Assembly: GCA_951813605.1 (NCBI GenBank)
Contig: OX638379.1
Coordinates: forward strand, 606,139 to 670,138
Source: an uncultured Bryobacterales bacterium
Lineage (GTDB): Bacteria > Acidobacteriota > Terriglobia > Bryobacterales > UBA6623
Reading direction: 5' to 3'
DNA length: 64,000 bases
Numbering within the stretch: position 1 is the stretch's first letter; every line of letters begins with the position of its first letter. Under the pieces are notes generated by a model, which saw nothing but the letters and a program-made list of their open reading frames with translations, was not told where the DNA came from and searched no databases. Position numbers and translations under genes: made by a program. Shown in pieces: positions 38,780 through 48,113 of the stretch.

Positions 38780-40219
38780 CTAGGGCAGGGGCATCTCCCG
38801 GCTGTCTGTCTCCCGGGCTCTGGCGAACATCGCCGCTGGCTCTTGGGTGCGTACCTGCTCGAGCCAGTACACGCCGTCATATGGAACGCTGTTGCCCCGA
38901 GTGCCGATGAAATCGACGTCCCCGTCCCCGTCAAGGTCCCTGGCCACAGCCATGTCAAACATGCCCCGCTTGCGCCGCGTAATATCATGCCTATCCCACG
39001 GGTCGTCTGCGTTTCCGGGATTCTCGAACCACGCGAGCCGACCTAGGGCCATTTCAGCCGTCACCTCTGTGCCGTCGTGGTCGCGCGGTCCTCTGCTGTA
39101 GCTGCCGCAAAACAGGTCCTGGTCTCCATCACTATCGATATCGGTGATAGTGAGGCCGGTAGCCGACTCGGGCTCCATCGTGCCGATCCAGTGCATTGCC
39201 CACGGATCGTCATACTTCGCAGGCTGCTCCAGCCAGACCACATTGGACCTGCCCTCAGAGAGCAGCACGTCCAGCCTGGAGTCTCCGTTGAAGTCGAGGA
39301 AACCGAACATGAAGCCGGTCACGTGAATTGCGCCGTACTCTTCCGTGACCGAAATCTCGATTCGGTGCTCGCGGAACTTGATTTCCGGTCCGCCCAGATT
39401 CTCAAACCAGAACAAGCGCGCTTCGGCCCGTGACGCGGCCAGGATGTCGATGTCCCCGTCGGCGTCCAGGTCGACGGGCCGGGAGTTGATCGGCACGGCG
39501 ACGCGCACGAGTTCGTGTTCCTTCCAAGACGCGTCTTCCAGAGGGTCCCCCTCGATTTCGTACCAGCTAATCGGCCGGAGAGTCGTCTCGTTGCGGCTTC
39601 CCGCCTGACTGCCCTTGTTTGGAGCTACCACCTCGGGCTTGCCGTCACCGTTGAAATCGGCGAAAAAGACGCGGATATACGAGCCCCGACCGCTTGCGGA
39701 AGAAGGGATTAGGCGCTTCCATTCTGCAGAGCGGGCGTCCTTGCCGGGGTTCTGGAAATAGATCAGGTGCTCGAACTCGCAGGCGGCGACGATGTCCGGA
39801 AAACCGTCGCCATTGACATCGGCGATCGAGACATCCTCGGCAGCACCAGCCTCCTCCCCTTCGGCTAGCGTCGCCAGCGTCCAAGTGTCAGGGTCTTCAG
39901 ATCCGAACGCCAGCCGAATGTGTCCGTCGGGAACCCCGTCGTACTGGGTGTCGGATTCGTGAACCGACACGATGTCCTCGTGACCGTCGAGGTCCAGGTC
40001 AGCCATCTCAAGACCGTCGCTCCCCGCGATCGCCACCCCGCCAACTTCGAGGTCGTCGATGATGTGCTCTCGCCAGGAAATGTACATGCCGTCCGCAGCC
40101 CGGGCAACGGAAAGCGTTTCTCCGACGGTCTGCTTGCCGGCTACTTCGGCTGGACCGCAGCCCAAGCAAGTGGCTGTCAGCGCCGCCGCGATGACAAGGA
40201 GAATGAGGTCACGTCGCAT
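38780..40219 (-). CDS. FG-GAP/VCBS-repeat lipoprotein
   Basis: Lipoprotein signal 'MRRDLILLVIAAALTATCLGCG'. Repeated Ca-binding-like 'DLDGHEDI', 'DVNGDGFPDIV', 'DFNGDGKPEVV', 'DLDADGDIDIL', 'DIDSDGDQDL' and 'DLDGDGDVDFI'. Confidence 0.75.
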   Translation of the reverse strand: MRRDLILLVIAAALTATCLGCGPAEVAGKQTVGETLSVARAADGMYISWREHIIDDLEVGGVAIAGSDGLEMADLDLDGHEDIVSVHESDTQYDGVPDGHIRLAFGSEDPDTWTLATLAEGEEAGAAEDVSIADVNGDGFPDIVAACEFEHLIYFQNPGKDARSAEWKRLIPSSASGRGSYIRVFFADFNGDGKPEVVAPNKGSQAGSRNETTLRPISWYEIEGDPLEDASWKEHELVRVAVPINSRPVDLDADGDIDILAASRAEARLFWFENLGGPEIKFREHRIEISVTEEYGAIHVTGFMFGFLDFNGDSRLDVLLSEGRSNVVWLEQPAKYDDPWAMHWIGTMEPESATGLTITDIDSDGDQDLFCGSYSRGPRDHDGTEVTAEMALGRLAWFENPGNADDPWDRHDITRRKRGMFDMAVARDLDGDGDVDFIGTRGNSVPYDGVYWLEQVRTQEPAAMFARARETDSREMPLP

Positions 40220-40842
40220 GGCAGTCTTCCCGGCTATTGGATCATACGCTGTTTCAACAGCGGTGTGCCTGACCTGTTGATAGAGAATGGGAGTCGTCCA
40301 ATGCAAAGGATGCTGACCATTGATGGCCGACTGGCCATTGGCAGCGCCTCTTGCATCCAGCCGTTGATTGGCCTGGCTAGTGGCACGCTGCAGTGCAAAG
40401 AGATCGATGCCGGGCGTCTCGCTGTCCGCAGGTGTCAGGAACTGATTGTCGATTACATTATTGAATCGATTCCAACTCAGTTGGCTGAGACAATTATTGA
40501 TTTGTCATGAAACGCAAATTACATGAAAACTTTCATTTGGGTACTTCATGGACAGGCAGTGCAGCGAGCATGCCGAGGCATGTCGGTGAAATCGTGGTGG
40601 GATGGCGGTCTTTCGCGAGCGTGAATTCATGTTCCGCTAGGGGATTCTGCCGGTTCGCGAGATCCTTGGCTGGTTCCCCACGCGACTAGCGACCGGGTGC
40701 GACTTGCAGTGAGCTGCTCCGCTATACGGAGGTTGAAGCCCATTCCCAGCCGACGACGGCCCAGCTGGGCCGAAAAGCAGCCGCAACGATAAGCTCTCGA
40801 CTTGGTTTTCGGCGAGGGTACCTCGTGTCCTGGTCCCCGACT

Positions 40843-43278
40843 TCAATCGAGCCAGACCGGGCTCGACCAAGCCACCTCGCCGTCGTCTTGCACTACCCGC
40901 AAGTAGTAGTAGGCTGACGCCTCGGGCGGCGAGCGATCGACGAACTCGATCTCTGCTTCCACGCCTGCCGGCGACGTTGCATAGACGTACTCGTTGTTCC
41001 GACAGATTTCGATGCTCTTGATCGGCCGAGGGCACTGCACGCTAGCCGTTACAGAAACCGGGCCCGCTCCCCGCGGCGCGACCTCGCCCATCAATCGGCC
41101 GTTCACGCGGAAATCAACTCGAATGCGGGCCGCTGTCGTGCCGAACGTCCGGCGCGAGCGAATCGCATCCAAGATCGCCGATCGTGTCTTGGCCCGCGCC
41201 CAGACCGCTGCCTTGCCTAGGCCGCCACCGTGGTCGGGGCTCGCGATCACTCCGATCTTGATCCCTCTAGCCCACGCGTCTTGAATATAGTTGCCCCGCT
41301 CGCCGGTCGCGTTGCGCGCGTGCCGAGGCGCTCCAGGATACTCGTACGAGCCTCTGGTTTGAAAGATTTCGGCTACGGGCTGCGCTACTTCGTCGGCATA
41401 GTCCCAGTCAACGGGCACGTTTCCTGAATCGGCCAGCTGATGCGGCACTTGCACGAAATCGGCTTCCATTTCGCGCAGCTGCTTCCACAAGTCCGCCGGC
41501 GTGTCGCCGTTGTAGGCGGTCCACCACTTGGGAAAGTAAGGGTCCGCGAAAATCAGATTGCGATGCCCGTAGTACCCCCACGGCCGCTTGTCATCGTAGT
41601 CTTCGAAACTCGATGTCCACTCCTCGCCCAGGAATGTCACGAGTCTGCCGGCATCGTGGTTGGCCCGGACCATTTTGGCCGAGTAATTCCACAGGTGCGG
41701 AACGATGTTGTAGCCGTGATCGGTCATCGCGACGAAGTCGAGGCGATTCAGGTCGCGCCGGCATTGGTAGTTCTCGTCGAGAGACTGGTCGCCGCAGCGG
41801 TTGCAGATCGAAATGTCGGAATGCTCGTGCAGTTCTCCGTAATACAGGTACAGCGTCTCGCCGTCGTACTCGATTGATGGCGTTTGAGCGTCCTCGCCAT
41901 AGGATTCGTGCAGGCGCGCCGGTTCGAATGGAGTGTCGGGCTCGGAGAGCATCGAAAGCTGCGTGGAAGATGCCGCTGCGGGAGCTTGGCCGGTGTCGAC
42001 GGACGCCAGCAAGATTTGCGATCGAGCGTTGTCTGTAAGCTCAGGGTCCGATTGCGACCAAGTGTCGGAGAAGCTGTCGGCCTGAAATGCCAGCAGCAGT
42101 CGATCGCCCTTCAGCGCCAGCGGAGCGGGGCGGTCCATCGACCGGCGCTGGGAAAGCCCACGAGGCCCGATCCATCTCTCCCCGGTGTAGCCGACTACGC
42201 GCAGCGCCCAGCCGCCGCGAGGTTCGCGGGGCTGCTGGTAGGCGATCCATAGACGTCCCTGGGAGTCGAAGACGGCGGTGCCCGCTTCGGATCGATTAGA
42301 CGCCAGCGGCGACGCGCTCCAGTAGTTCGGTGGGGATTCGAGCCCTTGCGGCGCGACTTTCGCCGCCACTAGGTGCCGCTCGTCTGTGCGGCCGACGAAG
42401 TACTTATCCATTCGTGCGTGCTCGTACAGGACCCACAGGTCGTTTCCGTGAGCCAATAGTTGCGCGTGACGGTCGATCCCCGGCGACTTCGTGAGCCGGC
42501 GCGGTGCGTTCCACTGTCCGGTCAGCGACTTCTGACGCAAGTACACGTCGTAGTTGTGGTCGCGATAGCTATGCCATGCGACCGAGACCTGCCCGCTCGC
42601 GTTCGCGGCAATCGATGGGCCGTAGTTTGAAGTGCCCTTGGAACTGACTTGCTCGGGCTCTGTCACCGCTCCTTCACGGAGCGCAGCCAGGTAGATTTGC
42701 CGTTCCGAGTCCGGATTCGCCTCCCACGTGACTAGTAGCGTGCCATCATGCCAAGCGGCCGAGGGCTTGATCTGCGTCGTTGGGCCGGATGCGATGCGAA
42801 TCGGGCGGCTCGGACCGTCGGCGTCGGTGCGAATCGCGAATACGTCCCAGTCGCCCTTGATTTCTTGGGCGAAAACGAACAAGGCACCGTTTTCCGCCGC
42901 AACAGCGCGAAGCCCGAGCAGGTATGTACCTTCGCCGCCAAGCGCAGTCCACCGCCCCTGCGGAAGAAACCGATCGCCTTCGTGCGTGTAGTGAGCGACC
43001 TCCAGGGCGTCCGCGCCATCGCGAAAACTGATCCAACCGACAAACACATCGCCTGATCGTGTAGTAACCAGCGCGGGTTCGTCGTTAAAGCCTTGGTGCG
43101 GTTCGATGGCCGTGATCCACGGCGTGGGCGTTGGATTCGGAGGGCGAGGTCCGTCGTTGGCTGGTGCCGGCGACTCCGAATCGCCTGTCACGTAGCAACC
43201 AGCAATGCACGCGATGGCGAGGAAGCCGAGTTTGCCGAGGATCGGGCTGTATTCGCGCTTCTCTAGGACTGTCATCAT
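40843..43278 (-). CDS. large lipoprotein: N-terminal repeat (propeller-like) region fused to a PHP-type (CehA/McbA- or DUF3604-like) metallohydrolase domain
   Basis: 811 aa. Signal 'LGFLAIACIAGC'. Repeats 'VGWISFRDGADALEVAHY', 'VTWEANPDSERQIYLAAL' and 'VAWHSYRDHNYDVYL'. C-terminal half has 'YYGELHEHSDIS', 'FVAMTDHGYN', 'IASPDHGGG' and ends 'EVAWSSPVWLD'. Confidence 0.6.
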   Translation of the reverse strand: MMTVLEKREYSPILGKLGFLAIACIAGCYVTGDSESPAPANDGPRPPNPTPTPWITAIEPHQGFNDEPALVTTRSGDVFVGWISFRDGADALEVAHYTHEGDRFLPQGRWTALGGEGTYLLGLRAVAAENGALFVFAQEIKGDWDVFAIRTDADGPSRPIRIASGPTTQIKPSAAWHDGTLLVTWEANPDSERQIYLAALREGAVTEPEQVSSKGTSNYGPSIAANASGQVSVAWHSYRDHNYDVYLRQKSLTGQWNAPRRLTKSPGIDRHAQLLAHGNDLWVLYEHARMDKYFVGRTDERHLVAAKVAPQGLESPPNYWSASPLASNRSEAGTAVFDSQGRLWIAYQQPREPRGGWALRVVGYTGERWIGPRGLSQRRSMDRPAPLALKGDRLLLAFQADSFSDTWSQSDPELTDNARSQILLASVDTGQAPAAASSTQLSMLSEPDTPFEPARLHESYGEDAQTPSIEYDGETLYLYYGELHEHSDISICNRCGDQSLDENYQCRRDLNRLDFVAMTDHGYNIVPHLWNYSAKMVRANHDAGRLVTFLGEEWTSSFEDYDDKRPWGYYGHRNLIFADPYFPKWWTAYNGDTPADLWKQLREMEADFVQVPHQLADSGNVPVDWDYADEVAQPVAEIFQTRGSYEYPGAPRHARNATGERGNYIQDAWARGIKIGVIASPDHGGGLGKAAVWARAKTRSAILDAIRSRRTFGTTAARIRVDFRVNGRLMGEVAPRGAGPVSVTASVQCPRPIKSIEICRNNEYVYATSPAGVEAEIEFVDRSPPEASAYYYLRVVQDDGEVAWSSPVWLD

Positions 43279-43884
43279 TGGCCTGCGGCGGCCAGCGTAC
43301 CACGCCCTGCCGTCCGCTGAACCGCGTGCCTAACCGGCCTTGGGCGGCACCGTCGATCGAGCTGCGTAGCCAGTCGCATGCACGCAAACTTCCAACGGAG
43401 CTTCGACCGCTAGCAGAATCCTCATCGGCTAGCGCGCATTGCGCCAGAAAACGATCGGCGGCGGAGCCTCGCGGACTAGTGGCTGGCCATCTGCAGGGCG
43501 TCGTTCCATTGACTCACCTGACGCTCCCCCCAAGGATCCAACGCACGTTTGCACGCACTGAATGTCCACTGAGTGATGACGCTCGACGCACTCACAAGCG
43601 ATTTTGCCGCTTATCGGCACCAGGAACCCCAACCGCGTCAGGCTGGTCTGGACCATCCAATGCTGCAATCGGAAGACCGCGAGACTACGCTAGGAGCTGC
43701 TACCGTCCGCGGCTATCGGTCACAGCGCATCCTGATCCCGGTCACGACGTCGGTGCACGAGCCTATCGGGCGTCGAAGAACGTCGGGTCGCGCCGGTCTT
43801 GGGACTCTCGCTCCCAGCCATTCCGCATTCCTGCGCATCGGCGTCAGCCATCAGCGGGAGGGCCTGGCAGGTCTCAGGGGACGA

Positions 43885-44430
43885 TACGACGCCATTGCCG
43901 ATTTGCATCGGGACTCCAAGCGGCTGCCGATTCGGGAAGCCGCCGCGCGGTACGCGCTGTTCGAGATGCCGGGAGACACTCGAGGGAAGACGGCGGTGGA
44001 AAGGGCCTGCGGGGACGGGCTCTACGCTCGATTGCTAAAGCGGGCTGGGGCATTCGCGGTCACGCGGCGTGACATTTCTGCCGAGATGATTCCACTGGCG
44101 GAACAAGAAGAGCTGCGGCAGCCCCTCCGCTGCGGGTGCCCTCATCAGGACATGGCGACGTTTGCACCAACTGGATCAGTCGACGTGATCGTTGCCGTTT
44201 ATCTGCTGAATTGGGCCCGAACTGGTGAGCATCTTCGCCGATTCTGCCGAGTCTCTGATGACGCGTTGCGGCCTGGAGGACGTTTCGTCGGATTCAACGG
44301 CAATGTCCGAAACCCTCCCCAAGGAAGCGTTTCCCGGAAGAAACACGGACTCGAGAATAGATGCGCGCCAGTCCCGAAAGCGGGTGAGTCAATCCTGTAT
44401 ACAGTCACGAAGAATCACGGACGTCAGTTC
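43885..44430 (+). pseudogene. class I SAM-dependent methyltransferase-like gene, apparently lacking a proper start and C-terminus
   Basis: Has 'YDAIADLHRDSKRLPIREAAARYALFEMPGDTRGKTAVERACGDGLYARLLKRAGA.AVTRRDISAEMI...VDVIVAVYLLNWA...LRPGGRFVG'. No start codon lies near the homology onset. The ORF then reads through into R-rich sequence that is antisense to the next feature. Confidence 0.4.
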
Positions 44431-44449
44431 CAGCCCAAGAACTTCTTTC

Positions 44450-44673
44450 CCACGACTCGCGGGACTTACCGAACCCATGCAGGAACACCAGCGTTGGACC
44501 TGTGCCTGAGGCCTCAAAGGCGATCTCGACGCCGTTGGCATCGACGCTGCCCGATCCGTCGGTCACCAGCGCAGGACCAGCGCAGCCGCACCAGGCAAGG
44601 GCGATCCCAGCAAGGCGGGCGGGGGCGAACGTGCTTCTCTCGCGTCCACCCTAACAACACGATAATTCGTCAT
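44450..44673 (-). pseudogene. alpha/beta-hydrolase N-terminal stump (about 70 codons)
   Basis: My own minus-strand translation reads 'RERSTFAPARLAGIALAWCGCAGPALVTDGSGSVDANGVEIAFEASGTGPTLVFLHGFGKSRESW'. The only ATG (44673) is in a different frame, and homology stops at 44450. This piece is absent from the ORF track because it has no in-frame start. Confidence 0.55.
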
Positions 44674-44778
44674 CGGGCACAACTAGCGCGGTGGCGCGGA
44701 ACTACGGGTATCATTGCGTATGCGCCTTAGGCAGGCCTAACGGCATGTTCTCGGCTGGAGTGCGATCAAGAAGGCACG

Positions 44779-46590
44779 GTGCATGAGTTGAGAGTCGAAA
44801 TTCCTCGGAGCCCCGCCGGATGGCTTCTCCCTGCCTTAGTCGCCTTTGCCGGTTCCCTCGGAGCCTACGAGTTTCCATCCTCGCCGCCGCCGAGGAATGA
44901 CATCCGCGTCGAGAATCGCGTCGGCATCCCGATGCGGGACGGTGTGATTCTTTACGCCGATGTGTACCGCCCTGTCGGGGAAGGCAAGTACCCGGTCATC
45001 GTCTCCCGCACTCCCTACTCGACCGAGCGATTTCCGAGCTCGTATGCCAGCGCAGCCTTCTTCTCGCGTCGAGGCTACGTCTTTGTCTACCAGGACGTTC
45101 GGGGACGGCACGAGTCCGAAGGTAACTGGGAGCCGTTTCGCGATGACATCGAGGACGGCTACGACACAGTCGAGTGGGCCGCCGCGCAGCCTTGGTCGAA
45201 CGGGAAGGTGGGCATGGAAGGAGGATCCTACCTAGGCCACGTTCAGTGGCGGGCCGCCCAATCGATGCCGCCGCATTTGGTCACAGTCTTTCCCCGTGTC
45301 GCGTCGACGAGCATCTACCACGACTGGATAACGGTCAACGGAGGCTGGCGGCTGGCGTTCAACTTCGGCTGGGGGCCTGTCCGGCAGGAGTCGCGGATCA
45401 TGCAAAACCCCGGGGTCCACACGATTTCAGGCGGACCAGAGGCCGTCAGCTATGACCAAGTCGTCTGGCACCTGCCGCTGGACGAGATGCAGGCCCTAGT
45501 GGGGCGGAACGCCCAGTTCTACCGGGACTGGCTGGAGCATCCGGATTACGACGACTACTGGCGACCGCTCAATGTCGAAGAGCAATTCGACAAGATCGGG
45601 GTCCCAGTCCACACGATGGGCGGATTCTTCGACATCTTCGCCCAAGGAACGCTGCGCGGCTACACAGGAATCAGCACCCGTGCCAGCACCGAACATGCAC
45701 GCAAGGGAAGCAACATGGTGATCGGGCCTTGGGAACATGGCGTGTCGCAAACCGTCGGGGAAATGGATTGGGGGGAGTCCGCTGTGGTCGACACCAACGC
45801 GCTAGCGCTCCGCTGGTTTGATTTCTGGCTCAAGGGCATCGAGAACGGCTTGCGGGACGAGCCGCCGGTGAAGATATTTGTGATGGGTCGCAACGAGTGG
45901 CTTTATGAGCACGAGTATCCGCTTGCTCGCACGAAGTACACCCCGCTCTATCTGCACAGCGGCGGGAGGGCAAACAGTTCCCATGGCGATGGTCGCCTAG
46001 CTTGGAGCAGCCCGAGCCGAGCATCCAATCCGGATCGCTACAGCTACGATCCCGCCAATCCGGTTCCCAGCCTCGGCGGGGCAAACTGCTGCGGGGTGGG
46101 AACCCCCTCCGGCGCGAGGGACCAACGACCGATCGAGCATCGCTCGGATGTCCTCGTCTACACGTCGGAGATCCTCGAGGAACCGGTCGAGGCAGTGGGC
46201 CCGGTAAAGCTCGTGCTGCACGTATCCTCAAGCGCTGTTGACACGGACTTCGTAGCGAAGCTGATCGACGTTTACCCGGACGGTCGTTCGATCAATGTAG
46301 CCGAGGGGATCGTGCGCGCCCGCCACCGCAACGGGTTGGATCGCCAAGTGCTTATGGTGCCTGGCGAAGTGTACGAGATTGAGATCGACATGATCGGAAC
46401 AGCCAATCTTTTCCAGACGGGGCATCGGATCCGGATCCACGTCACGAGCAGCCACTTCCCTCAGTTTGCCCGGAATCTCAACAACGGCAAACCCTATGGC
46501 ACGAGCGATTCGATAGTCGTGGCCGAGCAAACGGTCTACCACTCGGCTGATCGCCCCTCGCACATTCTGTTGCCGGTCGTCGGACCCTAG
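44779..46590 (+). CDS. CocE/NonD family hydrolase (S15 X-Pro dipeptidyl-peptidase fold)
   Basis: 603 aa. Has 'MRDGVILYADVYRPVGEGKYPVIVSRTPYS', 'GMEGGSYLG' and the C-terminal beta-sandwich 'TGHRIRIHVTSSHFPQF'. Confidence 0.85.
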   Translation: MHELRVEIPRSPAGWLLPALVAFAGSLGAYEFPSSPPPRNDIRVENRVGIPMRDGVILYADVYRPVGEGKYPVIVSRTPYSTERFPSSYASAAFFSRRGYVFVYQDVRGRHESEGNWEPFRDDIEDGYDTVEWAAAQPWSNGKVGMEGGSYLGHVQWRAAQSMPPHLVTVFPRVASTSIYHDWITVNGGWRLAFNFGWGPVRQESRIMQNPGVHTISGGPEAVSYDQVVWHLPLDEMQALVGRNAQFYRDWLEHPDYDDYWRPLNVEEQFDKIGVPVHTMGGFFDIFAQGTLRGYTGISTRASTEHARKGSNMVIGPWEHGVSQTVGEMDWGESAVVDTNALALRWFDFWLKGIENGLRDEPPVKIFVMGRNEWLYEHEYPLARTKYTPLYLHSGGRANSSHGDGRLAWSSPSRASNPDRYSYDPANPVPSLGGANCCGVGTPSGARDQRPIEHRSDVLVYTSEILEEPVEAVGPVKLVLHVSSSAVDTDFVAKLIDVYPDGRSINVAEGIVRARHRNGLDRQVLMVPGEVYEIEIDMIGTANLFQTGHRIRIHVTSSHFPQFARNLNNGKPYGTSDSIVVAEQTVYHSADRPSHILLPVVGP

Positions 46591-46751
46591 CCTGTGGCCG
46601 GCCCCAGCATTCTTCGGGCGTACCCGCATCCGCGCGCTCCGGAACTGGTTCAAGTGGCATCGCGTGAGAGCCGAGTTGCCATCGCGGCTTCTCCATGAAA
46701 TAGTCTCGAGAACTATCTGATCTCGACCAGGCGAATCGCCCGAGGAAGCAA

Positions 46752-48113
46752 TTAGTCCTGCTGAACGGTTTCCGCGTTGGGTCGTGGTCCGGATGCCGGG
46801 TAGGGGTCATTGAATACAGGTCTCTTGTCCCCCTGCTCGTCCATCCAGTTTTCCAGCTTTGCCCGCAGTTCTTGAGCGAGGTTCCTGTGCTCGGGACGAT
46901 CCGCGAGGTTGGTCTGCTCCGAGCTGTCTGATCGGAGATCGTAGAGTTCCTCGGCCGGGCGCTCCAAGTATCGCCGGACGGTCGCCGCGGCCTCGGGATT
47001 CGTTGCCGCAGCCTCGTCCCAAGAGTCCCAGTACGCGCCTGCTCCGTCTTTTCGCAGAATGTCCGAGTGGTTGGAGTGGAAATGCGTTGGCAAGAGATTG
47101 AGAATGTACTTGAAGCGCTTGGTGCGGACGCTGCGGATCGGGTAGACATTGAACACACCGTCCCCGCTATGCGTGGTGAATATCTTTTCCCGGTGTTCCC
47201 GGGCCTTTCCTCTCAGGACCCGAGCAAACGAGCGCCCGTCGATATCCCCGGGAACTTCACCTCCCGCTAAATCGATCACGGTGGGCAGAAGGTCGATCCA
47301 ACTCACCATGGCATCCGTGCGGCTGCCCGCGGCGATCTTTCCCTTCCAAGCGACGACAAGCGGAACCTTGATGCCTGCGTCATAGAGATTCCACTTGCCG
47401 AAGGGCCACTGCCCACCGTGATCGCTGGTGAAGAGGAACACGATTTCCTCCCCTAGGTTCTTCCGGGCCGTGTCCATCACTTGTCCGAATTCCTCGTCGA
47501 GTCCCGTGATGTCCGAGTAGTACCGAGCGCGGTGCGCCCGGGTTTCGGGGGTGTCGATGAAGTATGGCGGCAAGCCGACTTCGTTCAGGTCGTATATGCT
47601 GTCCTTGGTCCAAGGAACGTGAGGTCTCCGGTCGCCAACCAACAAGCACAGCGGCTGATCGGACGCCCGCTGCTGGAAGTAGCGGGCCACATTGGCTGCA
47701 AATCCGACGCGCGGTCTGGAATAGAAGTCGAAACCGTACTCGGGCTTGGCGTTTCCGTGAGCTACCTTGCCGAAGGCAGCGATCTCGTAGCCCATGCTCT
47801 TCAAGGAGGTCGTGAGGAAATGGACTCCTTCTCTCGGGTAGGTGTGGTTCGCTTCCGCTCCGTTCCGAGCTGGCATGAGGCCCGTGAGAAGGGCGGCACG
47901 GCTTGGCGCGCAGGCTGGAGAGGCAACGAATGCGTTGTCGAAGGTCATCCCCATCGCGGCTAGGCGCTCGATGTTGGGGGTCCGGACGTCCCGGGAGCCG
48001 TAGATCGTGGTGTCATTTCCTCCTAGATCGTCGGTCAGCACAATTACGATATGCGGCCTCGCTTGCGCCGCGACGCAGGAAACTAGGACGATCAGTATTG
48101 AGAGCAAGGGCAT
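46752..48113 (-). CDS. Cys-type sulfatase
   Basis: Signal 'MPLLSILIVLVSCVAAQA', then 'RPHIVIVLTDDLG', 'CAPSRAALLTGL' and 'SDHGGQWPF'. ATG 48113 is preferred over the track start at 48284. Confidence 0.85.
   Translation of the reverse strand: MPLLSILIVLVSCVAAQARPHIVIVLTDDLGGNDTTIYGSRDVRTPNIERLAAMGMTFDNAFVASPACAPSRAALLTGLMPARNGAEANHTYPREGVHFLTTSLKSMGYEIAAFGKVAHGNAKPEYGFDFYSRPRVGFAANVARYFQQRASDQPLCLLVGDRRPHVPWTKDSIYDLNEVGLPPYFIDTPETRAHRARYYSDITGLDEEFGQVMDTARKNLGEEIVFLFTSDHGGQWPFGKWNLYDAGIKVPLVVAWKGKIAAGSRTDAMVSWIDLLPTVIDLAGGEVPGDIDGRSFARVLRGKAREHREKIFTTHSGDGVFNVYPIRSVRTKRFKYILNLLPTHFHSNHSDILRKDGAGAYWDSWDEAAATNPEAAATVRRYLERPAEELYDLRSDSSEQTNLADRPEHRNLAQELRAKLENWMDEQGDKRPVFNDPYPASGPRPNAETVQQD

Noticed and set aside
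40381-40397. Sigma54-like TGGCAC...GTGCA motif.
   Set aside because: The GG-to-GC spacing is one nucleotide off the consensus, the -12 element is imperfect, and no plus-strand gene lies downstream.
40300-40510. 70-aa plus-strand ORF 'MQRMLTIDGRLAIGSASCIQPLIGLASG...' in the spacer upstream of the FG-GAP gene.
   Set aside because: By my hand count GC3 is only about 58%, well below that of real genes here. There are no motifs, and it is the tail of a longer antisense shadow ORF (39920-40510).
40757-40772. Perfect 16-nt palindrome CGGCCCAGCTGGGCCG downstream of the 811-aa gene, considered as a terminator.
   Set aside because: On the transcribed (minus) strand the U-run precedes the hairpin rather than following it. 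It is therefore not a canonical intrinsic terminator, and I do not call it.
43573-43884. 100-aa N-terminal extension of the methyltransferase-like ORF, and the overlapping 313-aa ORF 43131-44072.
   Set aside because: Neither resembles any protein family. The composition is non-coding-like, and methyltransferase similarity only begins near 43885.
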